The translations under genes and the position numbers were made by a program. A stretch of DNA of 64,000 nt from Azolla caroliniana (lineage: Eukaryota; Plantae; Polypodiophyta). Below, piece after piece: positions 1-10,647 of the stretch (positions within the stretch are counted from its first letter, which is position 1; each line of letters starts with the position of its first letter). The notes under the pieces were generated by a model. It was not told the origin of the DNA. It did not search any database and saw only the letters and a program-made list of their open reading frames with translations. Where the stretch lies: positions 15,004,001 to 15,068,000 of the forward strand of contig JBHGNT010000005.1 of assembly GCA_043228905.1 (NCBI GenBank), written 5' to 3'.

Positions 1-2563
1 AGTCTACTTTATGTGGAGGAGGATGGCGTATTCCTCCTGATATTCGCAACGATAGAGGGTAGAGGGAAGTTACAGTGAGGTAAAAGTTTCAACTATGGTA
101 AATTGAGAAACATAGAGTATGAAGATAGTGATTCCCCCATATCTTCCTTGACCTTGAGAACTCAGTGGGTACATATTGTCCATTCTAGTTTGGGGTTTCT
201 GCTTAGAGTAAATTTTTATTTTTTCTATCCATGGGTAAGATGTCATGTGTCACTAGTTACAAGGTTGTTCACAATTTCAGCATTCTAGCTTTCTAAAGTT
301 AAGGTGGTTTACATTGTTATTTAAATTTTTTGTCTCGAAATATTACTAATTCAAGAATGTGACAATTATTCTAGTTACTCCTATAACGCTAGACAAACAT
401 TAAAGAATTTTACAGTTAACCCATTCCACATGTATCTATTAAGAGCCTTTAAAGAATATATAGGAATTATTCAATATTTCCTTGTAACCTATTCCACATG
501 TAACTATTAAGAACCTTTAAAGAATATGGGAACATTTCAATCTTCCATGTAACTGCAAACTCCATATAATTAAAAAATGCAAATAAAAAACCAAATATGT
601 GAACTATCAATAGTCCCCTCTTCCATGGTAATGCATCCTTGTCCGAATCAAAGTTACAACAAGCTTATTCGGAAATTAAGTTCTAAACATGACAACAAGT
701 TGAGAACCACGGTCTACATTTTGAGACAAATCAATAACATAGTGGATTGCATTTAATACTAAGAGACACATTCTATATATATAGACATATCAAGTAATGT
801 ACCATGTATCAAAATCCTCATTTGCTAACCAAGCTCTATCTTCAACCAACTTATGGTATACATCATTAGTGTGCACCACAAATATTGATTTTCCAATACC
901 AAATGATCAAGATTTTCTTGGTTCCTCCACCACCAACTCTGGAATCATGAAAACTAAGTTAGGGAATGTTGATATCCCTCTATTCACTCTTGTATTTCAC
1001 TTTTGTATCTATTCTATCCTCGCTTGCTCCCTCTAAATCACCATTGTAACTGATATGTAATTTAATTCATAGATTAAGGCCCATGTTACAAGCTAAGGGT
1101 TTGGAGGATCACATTATCTTTTGTATTGTGCTAGTAGGCAAAAAGATAAAGTTAGAGTTACCATGCAATGTTTCAATTCTTATGTACATGGAATATTACC
1201 CTCTGAATGTCCCTTCTCTCTTTATCCCACAATGCCCCCTTATGTTGGAAAGACGTATTTATAAATTCAATTTGATCAAGTAATGCATACGATAAGACGT
1301 TCTCTTTAACCATTCAAGTGTGAAGGGTATTTGCTTGAGAAGGCAATTAAAGTAATCAAAGTATATGTGTGAAAATATGGTTTATTTGCCCCTTCTCTTG
1401 AGCTAGAGAAGGCAGTTGACAAATTTGACATGTGGCAATTTACTTGTAACATTTTTGCTAGCTCCCATACTGAATTGAGTATTATGTTTTAAGAAACCAA
1501 ATAAGATGTTTACGTATGTAACTTTGGCTAAAATCAGAACAAAATTGTCGCCATCATGTGAACTTTTTGGAGAGAAATTTGGGAACTTTTTACAACTCAA
1601 AGGATTGCATGCATGTGATCACTCTCCAATAGAGTTTTTAATACAATATAAGAGGCATTTGAAAATAAATCAAAGAGAACTTTTTAAATGAATAAAAGAT
1701 GGTGGATAATATAGAACCATATTCACGAATTACATGTCGTGCAAAATGAGCCTAAACAAATACAGATTGTGCACACAGAAGTTGTCGTCGTAGCATTTTG
1801 GTTAGAAAGTGTTTTAAAATGTTTAGAACATTTATTCTACATTTTAGAATTGCCATTTTAAAATGTTTAATGTATTCTATGTATGTATTTAATAAGTATG
1901 TAACATTTACAACAAAAAAACTTAAACCTTTAAATTTTAAGGAGTCATCAATGTACATATTCTAAATGTACTTTTAAGTGTTTTATCTACAAAATATGTA
2001 TTCTTGATATTTAATAAAAAAAGATAGAATACTTTTAGAATATTTAACATATGATAAGTATTCTAAACTATGAAAAGTAGATAGATATTATCATTTTCCT
2101 CTTGTAACAAATTTATTATTGTCCTCCGCAATCATTAAATTTAAAATGGCATAAATAAATTCTTCTCATATTTAGAAGCATTTAAACTCAAACACCTCAT
2201 ATAAAATGGTTTTGTCTTATTATTGTTTGAACAATGTCATATAATGTTCAATGACTTCAATAGTATTGGAAATTATTGCATGATATATATATATATATAT
2301 ATATCCAATAACACCTGATTCATACAAAAATGTCAATATGTAGTATGTTCAATCATAATAGGAATCCCACATGGATAGCTCTAACATGATTGTGCACAAT
2401 TGAAATTAGCAATGGCTCAATAACCAAACTTGTCCACTGCATGTGTTGGCTACTCTTCTTTGCCAGGGGGGAGAGAGAGAGAATCGTTTAGCCCTATCCT
2501 GTCTCTCTTTGTTGTTTTTGTACAGGTTTCATGATGAAGTAAATGCACATTGCTCATTTGCAT

Positions 2564-4870
2564 CTAAGGAGTCAAAGTTGGGTCAGAATACATGCTACAT
2601 ATTGATACATAAGGGGATGGATCCTTGTCCTCGAGTTCCATCGCATATTCATATGCTTTTTTGCCTAGTTTCACATTGCCACACTTTCTAGAAGCATCCA
2701 ATACACATTGCCACATGACATGATCCGGATGTGAAACCATTTGGTTAGCCATATCCATCGCTCTTGCCAAGTGCCCAGCCTGACCAATGAGATTCACCAT
2801 GCATGTGTCATGTTCAAGCATTGGAGTCATACCATAATCTTTACTCATTACCTCGTAGTAGATTTGACCTTTGTCCAACATTCCCACATGGGTGCATGCA
2901 TTAAGAATACTAATAAATGTGACCATATCTGGCTGTTCACCCAATAGCTTCATCTTCTCAAAAATTCCGAAGGCATTTTCACTATCTCCTGACTGACTAT
3001 ATCCAGCAATAAGTGCATTCCATGTGATTACATCCCGGAATAAGAGCTTGTCAAATACTTCTTGAGCTTTTCCCAGAGCGCCACATTTCGCATACATGCC
3101 AATCAATGCATTTCCAACCACCAGATCTCTTTCTAAGAACCCTTTTCGGGCAATATCAATGTGGATTTCTTGACCCTTTTCTGTAGCTCCCAATGTACAA
3201 CAAGCCTTGAGCAGAGAGATGAGTGTGGCAGCATTTGGAGAGATATTTTCATCTTTCATTGTTTCAAAACTATTGAGAGCATCCTCACAACATCCATATT
3301 TCACATACCCGGCAATCATAGCTGTCCATGAGACCACATCTCTGCTGGGGAGCATTTCCAGTACTTCTCTTGCTTCTAATAGACATCCACAGTGAGCATA
3401 CATATCAATTAAAACATTTCCAATCAGACGTTCTTCTTCTGGCAAAAGAAATCCTTTTCCACATATCTCTGCATGTATTTTCCTGCCCTTGCCCACAGCT
3501 CCAATGCAGCCACATGCTTTCAGGCTGCAAACATATGTTACCAAACTTGGAGAAACACTTTCCGCTCTCATCCTTTCAAAAAACATCAATGCTTCCTTTA
3601 AATATTGGTATTCTAAATACGTCATAATGAGTGAAGTCCATGAGATAGCATCTTGGATCAGAAGCTTCTCAAAAACTTCTCGTGCTTTCAAGATTGAACC
3701 ACATTTTCCATACATATCAATCAATGCATTACACACTGGCAGGTTGATACCACCCTCTATGTAGCCTTTCCTAGCTGCCTCAGCATGAATTTCGATCCCC
3801 ATACGAATGTCTCTGACAGTGCTGCAAGCTTGAAGGATGCAAACAAGCGTGATCGCATTTGGATTAAACCCCTCTAATCTCATTTGCATGTAGCAATCCA
3901 ATGCATCTTCAGCATACTCCTGTCTTGCGTACCCTCCAATAAGTGTTGTCCATGTAATCACATCTTTTATTTGGAGCTTTTTAAGCACTTCATGTGCATT
4001 CAAAAGAGAACCACATTTAGCGTACATGTCTACAAGTGCATTGCCAATCACCAGGTGTCTTTCTAAGAAACCTTTCCGCGCGATCTCAGCATGCACTTCT
4101 TTGCCCTCCTCAATAGCTCCAAGCGCACCACAAACTTTAAGAATGTTAATGAATGTGAACATATCAGGACAGACTCCATTCATTTGCATTTTTCTGAAGC
4201 ATTTGAGGGCTTGCTCACACTCATTATGTTTCGAATACCCTGAAATCAATGCATTCCAAGAGAATACATCCTGAACAGGGAACTTATTGAAAATTTCACG
4301 TGCTTTCTCAAGGCATCCACACCTGGCATACATCTCAATCAATGCATTGCAAATGATCGCATTTTTTCCCAACAATTCTTGTTGTAAAATCAATGCATGT
4401 AGTTCTCTACCCTTACTGATGTCTTTAACACTCCCACAAGCCTTTAAGCAGCAAGTATATGTAATCGCATTAGGCTGAACATTCATACATTGCATATGAT
4501 AGAAACAGTCAAGGGCTTCCTTTCCATGCTCATAGTTAGCATATCCTGAAATGAGGGTATTCCAAGAGACCACATCTCGAGCAGGAAGTATGTCAAATAT
4601 CTGCTTGGCTTTCCCAAGCAAGTTGCATTTGGCATACATGTCTACCAAAGCGTTCCCCACATAAAGATCCTTTCTCAATAACCCCAGTTTATTTATCTCT
4701 CCATGCAATTTAGATCCTAAGTCTAGGTCCTTGAGTGAAGAACAAGCCTTCAGTAAGGTAACAATAGAGAACCTGTTCAGGCTTTGCTGGCTCTCTTGCA
4801 TTTTGTGGTATAGGAGAAGGGCATGTTTCAGGTGCCTCTGCTTCTTGTGTGAATTAATGCCTATGTTCAT
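2564..4870 (-). CDS. PLS-class pentatricopeptide repeat protein with truncated E extension and no DYW domain (candidate organellar RNA-editing specificity factor)
   Basis: Uninterrupted 768-aa ORF of repeated P-L-S triplets (six NAL[VI][DEG]MY.KCG-type motifs, DVVSWN, TF..LLKAC). Ends in S2/E-like VMWQCVLDASRKCGNVKLGKKAYEYAMELEDKDPSPYV and stops before any DYW domain. True start uncertain. Confidence 0.93.
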   Translation of the reverse strand: MNIGINSHKKQRHLKHALLLYHKMQESQQSLNRFSIVTLLKACSSLKDLDLGSKLHGEINKLGLLRKDLYVGNALVDMYAKCNLLGKAKQIFDILPARDVVSWNTLISGYANYEHGKEALDCFYHMQCMNVQPNAITYTCCLKACGSVKDISKGRELHALILQQELLGKNAIICNALIEMYARCGCLEKAREIFNKFPVQDVFSWNALISGYSKHNECEQALKCFRKMQMNGVCPDMFTFINILKVCGALGAIEEGKEVHAEIARKGFLERHLVIGNALVDMYAKCGSLLNAHEVLKKLQIKDVITWTTLIGGYARQEYAEDALDCYMQMRLEGFNPNAITLVCILQACSTVRDIRMGIEIHAEAARKGYIEGGINLPVCNALIDMYGKCGSILKAREVFEKLLIQDAISWTSLIMTYLEYQYLKEALMFFERMRAESVSPSLVTYVCSLKACGCIGAVGKGRKIHAEICGKGFLLPEEERLIGNVLIDMYAHCGCLLEAREVLEMLPSRDVVSWTAMIAGYVKYGCCEDALNSFETMKDENISPNAATLISLLKACCTLGATEKGQEIHIDIARKGFLERDLVVGNALIGMYAKCGALGKAQEVFDKLLFRDVITWNALIAGYSQSGDSENAFGIFEKMKLLGEQPDMVTFISILNACTHVGMLDKGQIYYEVMSKDYGMTPMLEHDTCMVNLIGQAGHLARAMDMANQMVSHPDHVMWQCVLDASRKCGNVKLGKKAYEYAMELEDKDPSPYVSICSMYSDPTLTP

Positions 4871-5198
4871 GTGAGCCGTCAGGTGACCCAGGTGGAAACA
4901 GAGGAGGAGGATGGGACATCAGTTTATGCACTGGTCTGAAGAGTTAAGATCCTGTACATGCTGTTCATCATCATCATCATCATCATCACCATCTTCTTCT
5001 TCTTCTTCGTCGTCGTCACCATCGCCATCATCTGCTTGACTCGGCATCATAATTCCCAACAAACTCTCTGGTTTTCGGTGTGGCAGAGAATCCCATGTCC
5101 AGACTCCACATACATACATAGTATGAAGGAAGGCCGTGCACACACACACACATACTCATGACTGAGTGAGCATTTTTCTTTGATCATACAAACAAACT

Positions 5199-5199
<1 letters not shown>

Positions 5200-5233
<34 letters not shown>
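5200..5233. repeat. (TG)n microsatellite
   Basis: About 16 TG units seen directly. Confidence 0.9.
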
Positions 5234-5234
<1 letters not shown>

Positions 5235-6350
5235 TTCAATGTTCATTACTATGTGAACGAAAATACCCTTATTATAATTGTTAGGGACGTCTCTTGCATC
5301 CCTTCCATCTTTTTATATAGGTATATTAGGTGCTATATGATGTATGTGAGGGTGCATGATCATCTTTTGGCGCACATGTGATGCATCATAGCCATCTTGC
5401 TCATCATAGATTGACATATTCACATTCATTCATAGGGCCTCCCCCACGAATTCATATGAATACATGTTAAAAGTATTCGTTTTCTTTTACCACCTAGCGA
5501 GCGAACGAATAGAAGCCTCCCCCTACATCCTGTGCGTGACACTATATCCTCGCCTCCCCTTGCATCTTGTTCTAATTCTAGTATGTGCAATTGCAATAGA
5601 TGTATTATAGAATGTTGCAGGATGCAACTGATTAATTTTGGTATGAATAAATGTAGAATGCAAATGATTAATTCTCTTCTAGATAGCTATTGAATGTTAT
5701 TAATTAAGTCTAGTATGTGCACATGAATGCATCTGTTGAATTTGGTACAGATAGTTGTTGATTGCATTTGCTTGTAAATTAGGGTTTTAGCTGAAAACCC
5801 TAATTTCAGTTGAAACCCTAATTTCGACCATATTTCCTCTTCTCAACTTGCTTCTCCAGGGGCCGTGCATCCTCTACGTGATGCCTACATCCTATTCCCA
5901 ACCTACAAACTCACGGTTTTGCTGAAGCCCTAATTTCAGCCAAAACCCTAATTAACTAATTATTAGTGAATCAATTAATGTTTTAATAAATTAATTTTAA
6001 TTATTAGTCAATTATTTAATTTTTTGGTGAATGAATTTTGTTTTTTAGTGAAATAAATCATTTTTATTATGTACATATATTTTGAAAAAGGAATTATTTA
6101 TAATATTCTTGGGGCTATTTCTTATTCTTGTATATTGTGAATATCACGCATGGAGAATACCACGAATATCACATATGTGGCAATCTATGGTTCCCGTGTA
6201 TGAAAATAGACATAAGACATTAATATGATGCTTAGAATATAATTATACAAAATAGTATTTCTTAATGATTTGTACTCCGTACTTGATATATAATGTTATG
6301 GGTTTAATGCTCACAAAAGTCACTTGATATAATATTTGAGTTTGTTTTTA

Positions 6351-8303
6351 TATCGTGAAGCAATTGCTTCACGACACCCACCCCCTTTGAACTTGCACCC
6401 CTACGGTGCGAGTTCACACCATTTCATCCTCGTTTAGACCACTTCAAAAAGGTCTTCATCCTCATGCTCTATGAAATTCGGTTGATTGTCTTCTTTTCTC
6501 TTGAAAATATTTATTTCTTTTCCCGCAAACGACATCCATATCTAGAAATCGTGCAAGAAATTCTCCACCTCCCGTAGTGGATGATCCTACATATGCTCCT
6601 TGTTCCGCTTATGATTCAGTCGAATAGTAAAGAACAGTACCGACCTCTTCCCATCCTGACTCTGGATCCTGATGAATGCCACTTCATTGTCAATCACCTT
6701 AGTCTCCATCCATACTATTGTGATGTACGACTTCCCTAGAATTACTAGATAAGAAAACTTCTCCTGGACAGAGAAGTTTTAATCTACGAACACATCCCCA
6801 ATTGTAACCTATACATTACGGCACACATCGCACAAATCTTCCACGACTTCGGCCGCTGCTCGAACTTAGATGATATGATGTTGATCTTGGAGTTGTGGTC
6901 GAAAAGTGCTACACATGGTTCCATCTTATCTCTGATTCTGACTAAAGCCTCAGTTGTTGCTCTAGCCCATTGTATATATTAGTGTAATGGCTTCTTTCGT
7001 CCTTGTGACTACACTTTATGTCAGCACTCCGTACTCCGTAATTTCCTCATTCTCACCTTCCTCCTTTATCATGACGGTATTTACTTCATCCATTCCTTCA
7101 ACCACTTGTCTCATCCTGATCATGTTGATCATCACTTTGTGGAACTCTTTCTTCGTAATCCCCAAGACTTCTCGAAGTGTCAATGCGACTTAACTTCTCG
7201 AAGCACCTTCTTTAAATGAGGGGCCGACCTTCTGCTTCCTTTTGTCTTCCGTCATTGCCTTCACATCAACTCATTTTGTTTCTCATTGTTGTAAATGGGA
7301 TTGGCCACAACTGATTATCACTCACTTGTAAGATGAAAGAACAAAAAATGCATACCCAAAAACGAGAAAACATAGAGACACAAGATGTTTACATGGAAAC
7401 CTTGAAAAATGGGAAAAACCATGGGAGCCCACAGACTCCGAACTGAATCATTATATTGAGAGGAAATACACAACTTAGTAAGAATTGCAAGTCAATGACC
7501 TTAAGTTCTTCTTCGTCTGATAGACGGCTGCAGAGTTACAACTCTCTCTCTCTCTCTCTCTCTGTCTCCAGTTACAAAGGCAACTACGAATTGTAACTTT
7601 ACACAATGATCATACATAATAACTACTTGCCCTAACTATATTTATACTCATATACACTATATAAGTTATTTACAAATATAGCCCGCTAAAGGCACATATT
7701 GAGGCTATTTACAATTATAGCTCTGAGTCAGCTTCGACCGATTCATCTATTGACTGAATTGATTATTTTTTGATTTTCGGTTAGTCAATTTTTCGGCCTC
7801 GGTTGAGTTAGCCATCAATTGATTTGGTTGTTCTTCCCATCAGGGACCAGTTTTCCCAACACTCACTTCTTTTGCTCTTGGGTCTTGTGTCTTTTTGACG
7901 ACTCACTTCTTCTTTTTTCTTCTATTGAGACCTCATGGGTGTTCACTCTTGCTATCTTGGCAAATGTTGTCAGTGAATCTACTAGGTTGTTCCACCCACC
8001 TACTCCTTATCTCATCACCAACTTTCCATAAGTCTTGTAATTGAACTTTCTTTTCATTAGTCGACTTGATCACTTTTCTCAAGAATCCTTATTTGATTTG
8101 GGGATCACCAACCTGACTTTGGCGCTTCTTGACCCGTCACTTCCTCCGTGTCAGTGTCAATTTCCACTGCCTTCTAGTCCGTTTGGCCTTCTGTTGATCT
8201 GGCTCCTCCGAATTAAACACCTCTTCCAAATCGGGTGCCTCTGATTCGTTCCAGCTCTTGTCCAAATTGGCTATCCCCAATTTTTCCTCAATCTTCATGC
8301 CTT
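6351..8303 (-). mobile_element. Old, internally deleted Ty3/gypsy relic (same group as 33667-37610)
   Basis: The minus strand shows a degenerate protease-region peptide (DLCDVCRNV.VTIGDVFVD...LVILGKSYI), an integrase tail (INIFKRKEDNQP) and polypurine tract (PPT) plus LTR start GGGGGTGGG-TGTCGTGAAG, matching the junction at 34279-34300. Interrupted by a solo LTR at 7287-7861. Confidence 0.55.
7287..7861 (-). mobile_element. Solo LTR (copia, related to the 20231/39581/59877 LTR group)
   Basis: TGTTG...CAACA termini. The minus strand starts TGTTGGGAAAACTGGTCCC like the related LTRs. Flanks CTCAT/CTCAC are a 4/5 match to a TSD. Confidence 0.75.
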
Positions 8304-8442
8304 TATTGGCATAAAAGGCCGACTCCTTCCAATTTGTATCCTAGTGTGAACTCGTCCAAAGAGTTAGAGCTTAGTGTATAAGCCATAACCTAACAGTGAG
8401 AAAAAGAGAGAACTTCTTGATCATCTTGTATAGTGATCTCAA

Positions 8443-8474
<32 letters not shown>

Positions 8475-10036
8475 TGCAATAATTGAGCTTCCATTAAAGC
8501 TTAAACCATGTCTATCTTCTCTTGTATCTTCTTCCCTCCATTCTACGTAGTTTGCTAAATAGATACAACAGGTCCTCATATACACACACGTATGTTTCTA
8601 TGCATATTTGATCAACAACTGGTATCAGTGACTTGCGGTTTGGCAACAACAAACAGAAGAAAAAGCTGAAAGGGAAAAGACTAGGTCAGTAAAATCTCAC
8701 TTTCAAAGAAGAACATGGCTTCAACATCTGGAACAGGAGTCGAAATCAGAAAATTCGATGGCAAAAACTTTGCCCTATGGAAGGAGATGATGCAGGACGT
8801 GTTGATCATCAGAACACAAGTCGAAGCCATTCGACATGCAGTGAAAGCCTGCCTCAATGATAGCCAAAGAGTGGAGATCTACAGACGAAATCGCACACTC
8901 CACCATCCAAATGCATCTTCTCCCACAATGCATTGTTGGAGAAGCTACAAGCCGTGTACGAGAATAAGTGCTCATCTTCGAAACTAATTTTGATCAAACA
9001 ACTATTCAACATGAAGATGAGAAAGACTGATCCGGCTACCTCCCACATCAACACCTTTAGCCAGGTGTTGTAAGAACTTTCCTCACAAGGGATCAACTTT
9101 GAAGAAGAAGTCAAAGCTCTTGCTCTCCTATCGAGCTTGCTGACGAGTTGGGAGGTATTCTGCACAACGTATGCCAATAGCCGACCAATCCTAAATCTGG
9201 ATGAGACAATCGGCAGAAGCCCACAACTCGATTGAGTTGGTCGACCGATTGAGTTGATCAAGAGAACAAGCCGATAGAGTCGGTCGACACATCAGGATAT
9301 ATTTTCACTTATGGTGGCGGTGCCATATTATGGAGGTCGAAGCTTCAAGAGTGCACGACCCTGTCGACCACAGAGGTCGAGTACATAGTAACATCGGAGG
9401 CAGCGAAAGAAGCGATTTGGCTCCATCGACTATTTGCCGACTTCTCATCTACAAACCGAATCGACCGACCAATGCCAACCATCTATTGTTACTCACAGAG
9501 CGCTATACACCTCATAAACACTCTTATCTATCATGCAAAGACAAAGCATATTGAGGTGCGGTATCATCACATTCAGGAGCTCATAACCAACAAGAAGCTC
9601 GAAGTCCGGAAGACACTGAGGTAAACATTGTTGATTGCCTGACGAAGCCACTCCTATATCAATGCTTTGGAGCACTAAGGACAAACATGGGACTGCAACA
9701 TGCGACCGAGCAGAAGAAGGCCCAACGAGGAGTAGAAGGTAAGTTGAACCGATCAACTCAGACAAGTCAATTTGATTGACTAGCTGAACCAGGCTAGACA
9801 TTGAACACATCTCTGCCGATTCAGCCACATGCCGACTAACCTATAAATATAAATTTAGACTAATTTTGTAATCTAGGTTTATGGGGAAGATAGCCCCAAA
9901 CACTTGTACATGCAGGAAAGAGTAGTCCTTTTAAGGGGGAGTTTGTAGCCATAAAAGGCCGACTCCTTCCAATTTGTATCCTAGTGTGAACTCATCCAAA
10001 GAGTTAGGGCTTAGTATATAAGCAATAACCTAACGG
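8304..10036 (+). mobile_element. Non-autonomous, internally deleted Ty1/copia element
   Basis: 5' LTR 8304-8617, primer-binding site (PBS) TGGTATCAG at 8620, gag remnant from 8715 (EIRKFDGKNFALWKEMM) and RNase H tail (YHAKTKHIEVRYHHIQEL) near 9530. PPT AAGGGGGAG precedes a 3' LTR from 9944 that repeats the first ~90 bp of the 5' LTR and is cut at 10037. Confidence 0.85.
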
Positions 10037-10647
10037 TGTCATGCCTTTCGGCTCCGGATTGTTGCGGGAGTCAGGGGGGAACCACTGAGGTTTTGGACTA
10101 GGAGAAAGAAAATTCTAAGGCAATGAAGAATATGAAATATGTTGTAAGAAAGAAATATATGAAAAACTCGTGAATCCCATGAGTATAGTGTATTAGTGAG
10201 TACTTAGATTAAGAGAGAAAAATAGTTAGCAAATTCGTGAATCCCACGATTATATTATATTAATCTACCCTTGTAAAATAAGCAACAACCACTATACATC
10301 TTTCTCTCTCCCTTATATAGTGTTGGAAGAGTCTAAGTTTATCACATGCAAGCATCATGCTTTTCCTAACTTTAGTTTTCATGCACATTGCATGTGCATG
10401 ATTAGCTTTCCTAACTTTAGTTTTCATGCACACTACATGTGCATGATTAGCTTTCTATCCCATCTTTTTCTTTTTTTAACTCAAGTGTGTATGCATGAAT
10501 AACTTTTTGTACCATGCATATCTAGAATATTTACATGGGATAAAATTTAGTATAATTTTAAAATTCATAATATGCTAGTATAGTGGTAAGGTTGGGGTTT
10601 GTCCACGTGGAGGTACAGGGTTCGAACCTTGCCCTATGCACGTAATA
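10037..10647 (-). mobile_element. LTR (tRNA-like-module family), no internal domain attached
   Basis: TGTCATG at the left end and CGTAATA (decayed terminus) at the right end. Carries a TATA-like CTATATAAG on minus, the shared GGACCAC..TTGGAC motif and an A/B-box module. No TSD seen. Confidence 0.6.
10576..10632 (+). promoter_or_regulatory. tRNA-derived Pol III A-box/B-box module inside an LTR
   Basis: TAGTATAGTGGTAAG (A box, as in plant tRNA-Asp D arm) followed 43 nt later by GGTTCGAACC (B box) in hairpin CAGGG-TTCGAA-CCTTG. No acceptor stem, so not a functional tRNA. Confidence 0.65.

Noticed and set aside
1-2440. Short ORFs and a ~68-bp local duplication (423-530)
   Set aside because: AT-rich sequence with no recognisable domains. 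Probably degraded repeats that I cannot classify.
10570-10645. Functional tRNA gene
   Set aside because: No acceptor or anticodon stem pairing. Only the promoter boxes and T-arm are retained.
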